IMG/VR virus record: IMGVR_UViG_3300022591_000004
Span: 31,669 to 95,668 of that record
Strand: one strand, 5' to 3'
Length of the DNA: 64,000 nt
DNA from: a virus
Shown: positions 9,214-18,175 of the stretch, piece after piece
Position numbering within the stretch: position 1 is the stretch's first letter
How the letters are laid out: each line of letters begins with the position of its first letter
Notes under the pieces: generated by a model
The model's database searches: none
What the model saw: the letters and a program-made list of their open reading frames with translations, nothing else
Told to the model about the DNA's origin: nothing
Translations under genes and position numbers: made by a program

Positions 9214-9776
9214 TATAGTGTCTTTAATGTTTCCTTGAGAGTCTTAACGAGCTCTTCAGCGTTTTTAAGCGCCTTTTCTACTTGAGCCCTAGTGTCTTCT
9301 AGGATAGGTGAGCTTAATGGCAGCTGGTCAGGCTCTTCCTTTACAGCCAGCTTCGGCGTTTCCTTAGGTTCTTCTACCTCATTGAGGGGGACAAGCCCGT
9401 CACAGAGATTAAAGGCGGGAATTTGGCTAGCGATGCAGGACGCCAAAATACTGTTGTCCTCATTCCACAGTAGGTAGGCAACAGAATCCTGACCCGCCAT
9501 AAACTTGATAGCGTCCTCTACAGGATTAAGAGATGGGGATTGCGAGGCGCCAGGAATTCCTATAGTGCTGGCGTCGTCGTTGCAAAAAACCATAAGGTCT
9601 TTGCCTACTTCTTTTGAGTATTGGGCGGCAAAACTTTGGCTCTTAGTAGGTTGCTTGTCGTAAGCAACGACTAGAGTTCCTTCTTCACCTTTTGCGTAAT
9701 AGTGGTCTTCCACCAGGGCTTCAATATTTGCCCGAGTGCTTTCTCCACTACCCGCAACTAAAACGTAATAAGTCAT
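9213..9776 (-). CDS. Hypothetical protein (possible SLOG/Rossmannoid fold)
   Basis: Starts YYVLVAGSG; SD AAGGAGG; the fold guess is weak. Confidence 0.55.
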   Translation of the reverse strand: MTYYVLVAGSGESTRANIEALVEDHYYAKGEEGTLVVAYDKQPTKSQSFAAQYSKEVGKDLMVFCNDDASTIGIPGASQSPSLNPVEDAIKFMAGQDSVAYLLWNEDNSILASCIASQIPAFNLCDGLVPLNEVEEPKETPKLAVKEEPDQLPLSSPILEDTRAQVEKALKNAEELVKTLKETLKTL

Positions 9777-9812
9777 GGGTCCTCCTTTGATGGAGGCACA
9801 GACTACACAGGT

Positions 9813-10097
9813 TTAGCGCTCTTTGCCAACTGCGTGGATAACCGCGGCTTGGTAGGTGTTGATGCGTTCTGCCACGATAACTAACAGAGAGCCAAAAAAT
9901 GCTCCAGAAACAGAGTAAATAATAAAGTTCTTTACTCCGCCTACGTTACTAAGGCCAGTAGCTCCAGCAGAGGTAAGAAGGCATAAAAACGCCCGAATAA
10001 GGCGCATATCCATAAAAGCTTCTAAAACAGAAATAAGTTGGTTAATGACCGCAAAAACAAACGCGGTAAATCCAGAGATAAGAAGTAAGGTCAGCAT
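9813..10097 (-). CDS. Small membrane protein
   Basis: Three hydrophobic segments; -10 TATGAT 6 nt before the ATG. Confidence 0.7.
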   Translation of the reverse strand: MLTLLLISGFTAFVFAVINQLISVLEAFMDMRLIRAFLCLLTSAGATGLSNVGGVKNFIIYSVSGAFFGSLLVIVAERINTYQAAVIHAVGKER

Positions 10098-10109
10098 GAA
10101 CCTATCATA

Positions 10110-12140
10110 CTATGTATTAGGTTGTGCAAAGAACAACTCAAAAGTGCTGCCTGACATTATCCAATCAGGGATTTTAGCGATAAGGCGACTTTCAATAGAA
10201 AATCGGTTTTTATAATAGTGGCTTCTGGAAGCGTCTGTAGTGCCTTCCCAGAATACGTCACTCAGTTCTGCTACGCCGTGTGACCCATCAAAGTACGTGT
10301 TCATACTAGAGCTTTTTTCAAAGAGGGCAGAGTCGACCACAACCTGATTTCCTGTTCCAGCACTTCCAGCAGCGGTGGCGGTCCAGGTTATTCCTACAAC
10401 AGCAGTAGCTGCGGTATCGGGGGCAATATCAGTAACAAAAGGGCGAACAAAGTGGGTAGTCGCTGTCTGAGGCGTACCAGTAGCAGTACTGATTAACGAG
10501 TTACTGCTGTCATACCACTTAATAAACGCAGTGACTGGCGTCGGAGAATCTCCTGCATCAGTCGCACACGAATAAGCACTAAACGTGTAGTCGTTATTTG
10601 CAAGGATGTTCATAGGCGCTGAAGAAAGAGTCACCGTTCCAGCAGAGCTAGCATACATTTCCCCTGCTTCAGTACTGTTAACGACAGAACCCGCCAAACC
10701 CAAAATATCTCTAGGGTCTGTGGAGAGCGCAATAGTTCCGTTATCTACGGACCAAAATGTTTGAGGAAATGCAAAGTTTGGGTTAAGAATTTCGTTAATA
10801 CGAGTGGCAATTAATGTGATTTCTATTTGACGAGCGTCTTGGAAAAAAGTAGCTGAAAAACCAGATTCAAACTGAAGCGCATCAAAGTAGTGCTTTTCTC
10901 CCAAAGATGGGCTGGCAATCTTAATGTTTGGAACGGCAAACGCTGCAGATGAAGGAGCTGTAACAGATGATGTTATACGAGTCCAAGAGCTAGTATTAGT
11001 TGTTGTAGTAGAACCGTAAGAAGATGCAGTTAGCGCGGCGCCTTTAATGTCGTACCAAAGTATTTGCGCATTAACCGCACGACCAGTGGAACCAGCTTTA
11101 CTGTACGCGGTAAAAGTGTAACTAGAGCCTCCTGTTACGGGAATTCCGTAATGAAGCGGCGTATCCCCAGACAATCCAATGATTACGTTTGCGCTAGCAA
11201 CAGCAGATACCTGCAACGTTGCCTTTTGTAGATTAGGGAACTGTGCCTGACTAGAAGATTCAATATAAGGTGTTATAGTAGGTGAGTCTGTAGACAAGTG
11301 TCTTATCAAAGTAGCGTTTGATACAGATACCCAATTACCAATAGTTTGTTCAAAGGAAGAATCGTTTTGGTCCAACATTAAATTTTTTCCTCTAACAATA
11401 GTGTTGTCGTATCCAGCATACGATTTAATAAAGTCTTTTAGTCCTAGTAAAGTTCCTTTAATAAGAAACAAGCGTGAGATATTACGCAAAAAGATTTTAG
11501 ACTGCTTGATTCCTAGTGCAGGTTCGTATTTAAGTCCAAATTCTTGCATAAAGGTAGGAATAAGAAGCCCATTGAGATTGGTTACATCATAACGATTGGT
11601 GATATTTTCAGCAGAGCTTTTGTACACATCTAGTTGAAAAGCAAAGAGAGTGATAAAACGCTGTAAAAAAGTGTTTGTTGATTCTAATGAAGTGTCATTA
11701 GGAATCTGTGAGCTAAGAATTTCAGGCAAGTACCTAAACATTGCCGAAGAAGTTCCGTAATCTTTAACAGAAACTCCAATAGCGTCACCAGCACGCTGCC
11801 AGGTGTAGTGCACAGTTTCTCGTACAAATAAGCTGTAATAATATGGCTTAGCTGGGCCAAGCTTAACGTTATTTGGTACTTGACCCGAATCTAGATAGGA
11901 AGTTCGTGAGGCGCCGTTTTCATCCTCAAACAATACGTCGCCATCTTCAGCGTTTACAGCAAATCCGTATGGGCTGCGAACCAAGCGAATAAAGTCCCAT
12001 GCTCCTGAAGGAGTAAACCACGAAAGCTGAACCTGTTGGTAGTAATAAGGCTTAGCTAGGAAGTTTCCCGCAACGTATTCTGTAAGATTATTGGCACCGT
12101 AATACGCGGTGTCATAATAATCAATTCCATATTTAGCCAA
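10110..12140 (-). CDS. Baseplate/tail protein (P2 gpI-like domain + carbohydrate-binding-like modules)
   Basis: YLPE..FLQRF..IKGTLLGL region and two galactose-binding-like repeats (YTFTAY / YTFSAY...WYD); follows baseplate J. Confidence 0.7.
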   Translation of the reverse strand: MAKYGIDYYDTAYYGANNLTEYVAGNFLAKPYYYQQVQLSWFTPSGAWDFIRLVRSPYGFAVNAEDGDVLFEDENGASRTSYLDSGQVPNNVKLGPAKPYYYSLFVRETVHYTWQRAGDAIGVSVKDYGTSSAMFRYLPEILSSQIPNDTSLESTNTFLQRFITLFAFQLDVYKSSAENITNRYDVTNLNGLLIPTFMQEFGLKYEPALGIKQSKIFLRNISRLFLIKGTLLGLKDFIKSYAGYDNTIVRGKNLMLDQNDSSFEQTIGNWVSVSNATLIRHLSTDSPTITPYIESSSQAQFPNLQKATLQVSAVASANVIIGLSGDTPLHYGIPVTGGSSYTFTAYSKAGSTGRAVNAQILWYDIKGAALTASSYGSTTTTNTSSWTRITSSVTAPSSAAFAVPNIKIASPSLGEKHYFDALQFESGFSATFFQDARQIEITLIATRINEILNPNFAFPQTFWSVDNGTIALSTDPRDILGLAGSVVNSTEAGEMYASSAGTVTLSSAPMNILANNDYTFSAYSCATDAGDSPTPVTAFIKWYDSSNSLISTATGTPQTATTHFVRPFVTDIAPDTAATAVVGITWTATAAGSAGTGNQVVVDSALFEKSSSMNTYFDGSHGVAELSDVFWEGTTDASRSHYYKNRFSIESRLIAKIPDWIMSGSTFELFFAQPNT

Positions 12141-12626
12141 TTACATTCCGCCTAATAGTAAGTTTTCTGTGTAGTCGGTTGCACCTAGCTGAGGGTTAGT
12201 TGCATACAAAATGCCATCTGGACCGATACGCGTCATCACCGTTCCGCTGGAGTTCTTCCATTGCATAAGGTCAGCGGTTTGGCCCGAGGCAGCAGTAATA
12301 GTAATACCTACTGTGCTGGCTGTAGGGGAAATAGTGCTTCCACCAGCCACTTTTACATACTGAGAGTGCGTATCAGCAACGATTCCTGCTTCAATATTTG
12401 CAAGACGAGCAATAACGGTGGAAAAATCACGTCCATCGTTGTACCAAGAAGATGATGCCGTTGGAGAAGTAGAGAGTGAAGGGGTAACTCCCAAAGTGGT
12501 TTCAATAGAAACTACCTCTACACGAAGTGTATTTGGGTCAGCTGCGTCAATAATGTCAACGTTGTTTTGCTTATTAGGCCCAAAGTTAACAACGCTAGCT
12601 GGATATGTAGGTGTGTATGAGGTCAT
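12141..12626 (-). CDS. Baseplate-associated fibre anchor/minor tail protein
   Basis: Likely start MTSYTPTYP at 12626; THSQY; GQTADLMQWKNS; ends LLLGGM. Confidence 0.6.
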   Translation of the reverse strand: MTSYTPTYPASVVNFGPNKQNNVDIIDAADPNTLRVEVVSIETTLGVTPSLSTSPTASSSWYNDGRDFSTVIARLANIEAGIVADTHSQYVKVAGGSTISPTASTVGITITAASGQTADLMQWKNSSGTVMTRIGPDGILYATNPQLGATDYTENLLLGGM

Positions 12627-12634
12627 TTTTATCC

Positions 12635-14371
12635 TTAACTTATGATTCCGCCGAGAGGAGTAATATCGAATACTCCGCGCATAGGGAGCTCGTTTAGTGC
12701 ACAAGAAACAGTATTAACTCCAGTTAACGCTAATGAAGATGTCCAGATATTAGCGCTTGCGTTTGTTCCAGTGCCTCCAGCATTAGCAGACATAGTGATG
12801 GTTCCTGAGCCCTTGTTAATAGCTGTTATTGTCGTACCATCAGGAATAGTTACTGCGCTAGAGATACCTGCGACAAGAGACACATCTTGTCCCACAGCCA
12901 CGTTTAAAAATGAAGATACGCTGCTAATGGTGGGTGAGCCCGCTGTAATGCTCCCTGTAAACGTTGCATCTGCTCGAGTAAGGAGGGTTACATCTACGTA
13001 GTCCACGCCAGGGACAGATGCAGAGATAACGTTGTGAATGTATTGAAGAGCAACCGTTTCTCCAAATACCACATTGTCAAAGTCAAGAAGAGATAGCAAA
13101 GCTGCGTTAATTCCCTTTGTTACATCGCTCTGTTTGTAGTTAGGAAGAATATGCGCGTTTAACGAAATGTTAATAGGTACATAGGTTGGGGGGTTAATAG
13201 TAATTGTCGTAGTAGCGGGAGCCTTATCCGTAATAAAAGTGATGACGTCACCAGATGCGTTAGTAAAGGTTGTTGTCTGACTTCCGTCAGCAGCTACGCC
13301 AGGAGTTCCTAGACTAGAGTCTCCAAAAGGCGCGATATACAGAACAATGCTGTTGTAAGCAGCGCCAGAATCCGCGATAGCTTTGGCTACGGATGGAACC
13401 TGCACAGCAAGCGCTCCAGCGTCAGCTAGTGATACTAGGCGGTTCAGAGCCGTGTACGCTAGGGGAGCATTGATACGAATGCTGTCTGTAGTCTCTGGGT
13501 CAGCTCCACCAGTAGCCGCAGATGCGTTGGTAACTCGTAGTCCTGCAACAACGTTGTTTAGTTGATAGGTCAGCGTTCCTGGACCAACGTTTCCTGAAGC
13601 TCCGCCACCTACGCGGTAAGTAACATAGATAGAGCTTGTAGGAGGAATTCGTCCGCTGATACCGTCGCCAAATGTAATATATGAAACGTTGTTGGCGTCT
13701 GTGGATACAGAGTACACAGGGTCGTTATAGCCAGCATCAATAAGGTAAGAGAGCTCTGTGTACGAAGAACCTGTTGGTACTCCACCGACTAGTGAACCGA
13801 CAATGACGCTTGATGTGTTAGCAATTAAAGGGGACTTAGATAGAGAGAATACCTGGTTAGCATTTCCGTTTGAGTCACCTACATACTCGTAATTAATCGT
13901 AGTTCCTTGAGTAGCGGTAACAGAAACAGATGAGTTAGCTGCCACGCTTACAGGAGTTGTGTTATCTGTTTCAAAAACAATCTGAGTATTGACGCCGTTA
14001 ACAGTAGTGGTAGTAGCCACTTGAGTCTTTGGTCCCACGTTTAGTGTAGAGCCCGTAGAGTTTGTAAATGTTAACGTTACCTTTGCAGGAGCTCCTGGGC
14101 TAGGAGTGTATCCAAGCATGTTAGCAATAGACAATACTGAGCTACGTTGTGTAGCTGTCTGGATAAAGCCTTCGTTGGCTGCTCGGTCGATATAGTAGTT
14201 CAGCATGTCACCCATGTAGGCAAACAGCTCAATAAGGGTGATACCAAAGTCTGAGGCATCTGTACTTGTCCACTCTGGCAAAAGAGACGGAATAAGGTTA
14301 ATCATGTCGTCACGAATAGCAGCATAATCACGTGAGGTGTAGTCCACCTGCGGGATAAAGTTCGATGCCAT
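12635..14371 (-). CDS. Baseplate wedge protein (gpJ / T4 gp6-like)
   Basis: DYTSRDY, DFGITLIELFAY, FGDGISGRIP, YRVGGG, GGADPE. Confidence 0.92.
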   Translation of the reverse strand: MASNFIPQVDYTSRDYAAIRDDMINLIPSLLPEWTSTDASDFGITLIELFAYMGDMLNYYIDRAANEGFIQTATQRSSVLSIANMLGYTPSPGAPAKVTLTFTNSTGSTLNVGPKTQVATTTTVNGVNTQIVFETDNTTPVSVAANSSVSVTATQGTTINYEYVGDSNGNANQVFSLSKSPLIANTSSVIVGSLVGGVPTGSSYTELSYLIDAGYNDPVYSVSTDANNVSYITFGDGISGRIPPTSSIYVTYRVGGGASGNVGPGTLTYQLNNVVAGLRVTNASAATGGADPETTDSIRINAPLAYTALNRLVSLADAGALAVQVPSVAKAIADSGAAYNSIVLYIAPFGDSSLGTPGVAADGSQTTTFTNASGDVITFITDKAPATTTITINPPTYVPINISLNAHILPNYKQSDVTKGINAALLSLLDFDNVVFGETVALQYIHNVISASVPGVDYVDVTLLTRADATFTGSITAGSPTISSVSSFLNVAVGQDVSLVAGISSAVTIPDGTTITAINKGSGTITMSANAGGTGTNASANIWTSSLALTGVNTVSCALNELPMRGVFDITPLGGIIS

Positions 14372-14766
14372 TAGTACTCCTGAATAACGTCGCCAGAACG
14401 GGTAAGGGTTCCTGTCTTCAAAGAAGTTTGAGCTTTTTCTTTATTAGGCAGGGTATAGTCAATTGTAATGGTTAATATGCCTGATTGCTGGTCCATACTG
14501 ACCGACACATTGTTAAGTACGAGGGCGTCTAAGTGCTTGGTGAATACTTCGCGCACGCTTGCAGCCGCTGTGTTAGCCGCGTCTTGTGGAGCCTGAAATA
14601 GAGCGCTTCGTATAGTGCCGCCGTATCCGTTTCTAAATACTCGTTCCCCAACGCCAGTCATAACGGCAGCAGTTACTCGGCTTTGCCAGATTGCTCGTTG
14701 GTCATTGGACGACAGAATTGAGCCCGAAGCATCCACAGAAAAAGGAAGAATTATTGCGCGTTCCAT
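14371..14766 (-). CDS. Baseplate gp25/gpW-like sheath initiator
   Basis: LPF...TGVGERV...YG motif and position. Confidence 0.85.
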   Translation of the reverse strand: MERAIILPFSVDASGSILSSNDQRAIWQSRVTAAVMTGVGERVFRNGYGGTIRSALFQAPQDAANTAAASVREVFTKHLDALVLNNVSVSMDQQSGILTITIDYTLPNKEKAQTSLKTGTLTRSGDVIQEY

Positions 14767-15114
14767 TTAGTACACTCCTACCCATAGAGGAAAGTTGGTA
14801 TCTCCACCTTCAAACATAACCCATACACCTTGACCGATAGACGGAACTTTAATGTGGTCAGAATGTGCTGAGTTTAAAGTTACAGAATGCGTGTGGGACC
14901 CATAGCTTCCCACGCTAGCCGCCGTAGTCGTGTAAGAATCCGTATGGGGGTCGTGCGTAGAGTTTCCTGTAATTGGGTTTACTGGATAGGCCCAGGTTGT
15001 CCAATTTGTATTTAGCACCTGTGGGACCGTAAGGCGAATTTTATTTGCGTTATCAGGGTCCTGGTTATCCTGGCATACGCCTCGGTATATTCCGTAGTAC
15101 ATGTTATCGACCAT
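14767..15114 (-). CDS. Baseplate spike (gp5/gpV OB-fold)
   Basis: YRGV..DNQDP..IRL.VP...VPSIGQGVWVMFEGGD..PLWVG. Confidence 0.85.
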   Translation of the reverse strand: MVDNMYYGIYRGVCQDNQDPDNANKIRLTVPQVLNTNWTTWAYPVNPITGNSTHDPHTDSYTTTAASVGSYGSHTHSVTLNSAHSDHIKVPSIGQGVWVMFEGGDTNFPLWVGVY

Positions 15115-16426
15115 GTGTGTTCACCATTTTTTTCATAACTGCTGCTGGCATCTTTTTCTCTGCAATAGTGGGGGCTTTTAAGTTCCCTCCAGCCCCTACC
15201 CATTGGTGCGTAGGAATGCCCTTGGCAGAGACCTTAGAAACGTTTTTTACTTTAGACACAGGAGCTTTGTATGACTCCTTTACTGTAACTCCGACCTTTT
15301 TTAGCGACGTAGTTGGCAAAGAGTTCTTTTGACGTACTCCAGGGGTGACAACTCTTTTTATAGTCTCGTTGGGAGACACGATGTTTTTGTTATCTGTCCA
15401 CTGAGTAGATAGTCCTAAGGAATCCGCACCTACTGTTATAGTAGTTGTGTATTCAGCGTTGCCTTTAATGTTATGAGATACAGAGAGCACTGTCCAGTAT
15501 CCAGAATACGTAGGGCCTATTCCATCAAGATATACAGGGCTATCAGGCAATAACGAGGGGTTTCCTAAAACAACTGCCTCGCCTCGGTAGGCATATCGGT
15601 TTCTTTCGTCAGCAGCGGTAGCCTCATACTGCGCAATTTCATAGGTAGGTGCTACTACTTTAGTGTGATAAGCGTCAAATATAGGAGCAACTTGCTTTGC
15701 TCTCGTATGGTTAATAGGGGTTTGGTTAACATGGGTATGCTCGGTAACAGACGACCTATCTACGCCACTAACAGCAACTGTAGTTTTAGTTGCATCTGCG
15801 TAAGGAATGGCTTCTCCCACCATAGGAGTGAAAGAGAATATACCTGTAAATTTTACGTCTAACCCTTTCATTATGAAATACGCAGCCTCTTGGCGAGTAT
15901 CAGTAAACTCTTGGGTTAACGGTTGAAAGATGATAGTTGTGTTATCGGCTTTTAAGGAGTACCCGTTTTGTTTTGCTAGTTTTACCATGAACTCCCAGTC
16001 AGACAGACCTGCCTGTGAAATTTGGTCGTACATACGTGGCGTAGGCACTGCAATATACGAAAAGTTATTAGCATTAGCTATATCGGCTATTACTTGGTCC
16101 GCAGTTGTGTTTAACCACACTCTTTGAGATTGTTGCTTAAGTATCCTAGAGGCACCAATAAGGGTGATATCCACATAGTTTTTATCTGGAGCTAGGTCAG
16201 GGACAATATGATGAACATACCCATTAAAAACTCTGTTATTACCTACTCCGCGGATATTAACAGTGACGGGGGTTCCGTCTGAAATTGAGTCGTAAGGGAC
16301 AGCCCAGTCGATAAATCTAACGGTTAAAAGCTCGTGCTCGTACCTAGCCCAAGACGAGTGCAGGCTGTATCCACGACTAGGCGGAATACTTAATGTAGGA
16401 AACTCTACGTTAAGGTAATTAAACAC
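15104..16426 (-). CDS. Baseplate hub (gpD / gp27-like)
   Basis: FNGYV, QAGLSDWEF..KLA, GNPSL, YSGYW.V..V.H. Confidence 0.85.
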   Translation of the reverse strand: MFNYLNVEFPTLSIPPSRGYSLHSSWARYEHELLTVRFIDWAVPYDSISDGTPVTVNIRGVGNNRVFNGYVHHIVPDLAPDKNYVDITLIGASRILKQQSQRVWLNTTADQVIADIANANNFSYIAVPTPRMYDQISQAGLSDWEFMVKLAKQNGYSLKADNTTIIFQPLTQEFTDTRQEAAYFIMKGLDVKFTGIFSFTPMVGEAIPYADATKTTVAVSGVDRSSVTEHTHVNQTPINHTRAKQVAPIFDAYHTKVVAPTYEIAQYEATAADERNRYAYRGEAVVLGNPSLLPDSPVYLDGIGPTYSGYWTVLSVSHNIKGNAEYTTTITVGADSLGLSTQWTDNKNIVSPNETIKRVVTPGVRQKNSLPTTSLKKVGVTVKESYKAPVSKVKNVSKVSAKGIPTHQWVGAGGNLKAPTIAEKKMPAAVMKKMVNTHGR

Positions 16427-16697
16427 GAGGAACCTTAATGATTGTTCCAGGAGCGATATTAATAAAATCTACAATTGTAGGGTTGTACTCAGGTATGACC
16501 CACCACAACTCAGGACGTTTGTAGTACTGGTACGCAATTTGTTCCAGCCGCTCACCCTCGACGTATTGGTGCTCCCACCAGCTGATAAGGCCAGGGGCAT
16601 CTACGTTGTAGTAAACAATAGGGTTGGCGTTGCCATCCTCAGTAATTGCAACAAAGTCAATCAGTTCGTTGTAGTAACGAGAGTTTTGGTAAATCAA
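16419..16697 (-). CDS. LysM / gpX-like baseplate protein
   Basis: EGERLEQIAYQYY..PELWWVI..YNP...PGTIIKVP. Confidence 0.85.
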   Translation of the reverse strand: MIYQNSRYYNELIDFVAITEDGNANPIVYYNVDAPGLISWWEHQYVEGERLEQIAYQYYKRPELWWVIPEYNPTIVDFINIAPGTIIKVPRV

Positions 16698-18175
16698 TTG
16701 CCCACCAACCCACTATTTGTGACCATCTGCGTATTAACACGAAGGTCAATAGTCACACTGACATCTGTTCTAATAGGAATCATATCCCTAGTGAACGCTA
16801 AATGCGTTACGTTTACGCCAGAAAGAACGCCTACAAATTTTTGCTGACCTAAGTCTACACGCACGTAGGCCATTTTTAAGTACCCAATATTAGCTGTAAT
16901 TTTTCCACCGATACCGATAGCATCTTTTCCATTTGTAGACGCATACAGATACTCTAGGTCAGCCTCAGTACCATAAGTAAGAAGGTCAATAACTTTTTGC
17001 TCAATTTCAGTATCAGAACCGCTTGGAGTCCCAATATTGTAATAATCCAAATAGCTTTTTTTAATTACTGGCAGTGTATCTAATTTCTTTTTAGAAGAGC
17101 CAGCATTAGCAAGCTCAATAAGTTTATTGTTAGCGATACTAGCGCCAATATCCATATCGCCTTTCATAGACGCAAAGTCATTAGTGCGGTCTAACCGAAG
17201 AGTAAAGGTCAACGAAGAATTACCTGTTACAAATCCTGTAGATGCTGCAGAGGGGTCAGATGCGTTTGGAGTGATGTTAGAGTTCGTAGACGTATCTTGA
17301 CTAAACGTTTCTGGGTTCCAAATAAACTGAAATCCATAATTATTTGTTGTTGGAGGAGGGGCTGCCTTTCCTTTTTTAGAAGATGCAGTTGTTGGAGTTC
17401 CCGTAGTTGTAGTTCCTAAATAAGGTTGGTACATCCAAATGCGCCCACGACGAGTTTGGTGAAAGTTATCTAACCTTTTATTAGTAGCGTCAGGCGCAAT
17501 ATCATAAGGGTCTACAGGTAGGCTCCATGCGTGAGGAGGCAAGTTCCACATAAAATTATCGGGTGGATTTTCTGGAGGTAACTCTTGAGTTTGAGGTTGC
17601 GCAGGAGGGACCTTCTTTGCTGATGTTCCCGAAAACAAAGTATTAGTGTTTTTATTAATTAGGCTATTATTTTTAGCGAGAGCGGACTTTAAGCTGTTTA
17701 CCTTAGTTTGAATTTTTGACGTTTGGTTAAGCAGGTAAGTAATGTCGCTGTTCAACAACGCTTTGTCAGGAGAGCTTAATGTGCCACTATACGCAGAGGT
17801 TCCTACACGAGCGTGTATCTGTCTGTTATACGTGTTAGTTATAGTGGAGCTTGGGACAGGAGTAGCTAAGGTGTAGTTGGCGCCCCAGTCACTGTCGGTT
17901 ACTATATTTTGCTCCCAAATGATTACTTTGTTGTAGGCAGCAATCTGTTCTTCCATAGTAGTAGCGCTAGCTCTATCACTAGGAAAAAGGTCATTAGAAG
18001 GAATTCCGTAGGTGCTTGTAAGCTGAGCATTGATAGAGTCGTTCGCTTTAATAAGCGTAGATAGTTTAGTATTAGCTTGTTGAGCTTCCAGCGCTAGTTT
18101 GTGTTGGGCGATAGCTTTATCAAGAGTAGTTTGAACGCTAACGGCGCCCTTTTTTGACGTGTTTATGCTTGACAT
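16694..18175 (-). CDS. Tail tube initiator-like protein
   Basis: FQFIWNPET and F..DMIPIRTDVSV motifs; lies between the tape measure and LysM genes. Confidence 0.6.
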   Translation of the reverse strand: MSSINTSKKGAVSVQTTLDKAIAQHKLALEAQQANTKLSTLIKANDSINAQLTSTYGIPSNDLFPSDRASATTMEEQIAAYNKVIIWEQNIVTDSDWGANYTLATPVPSSTITNTYNRQIHARVGTSAYSGTLSSPDKALLNSDITYLLNQTSKIQTKVNSLKSALAKNNSLINKNTNTLFSGTSAKKVPPAQPQTQELPPENPPDNFMWNLPPHAWSLPVDPYDIAPDATNKRLDNFHQTRRGRIWMYQPYLGTTTTGTPTTASSKKGKAAPPPTTNNYGFQFIWNPETFSQDTSTNSNITPNASDPSAASTGFVTGNSSLTFTLRLDRTNDFASMKGDMDIGASIANNKLIELANAGSSKKKLDTLPVIKKSYLDYYNIGTPSGSDTEIEQKVIDLLTYGTEADLEYLYASTNGKDAIGIGGKITANIGYLKMAYVRVDLGQQKFVGVLSGVNVTHLAFTRDMIPIRTDVSVTIDLRVNTQMVTNSGLVGN

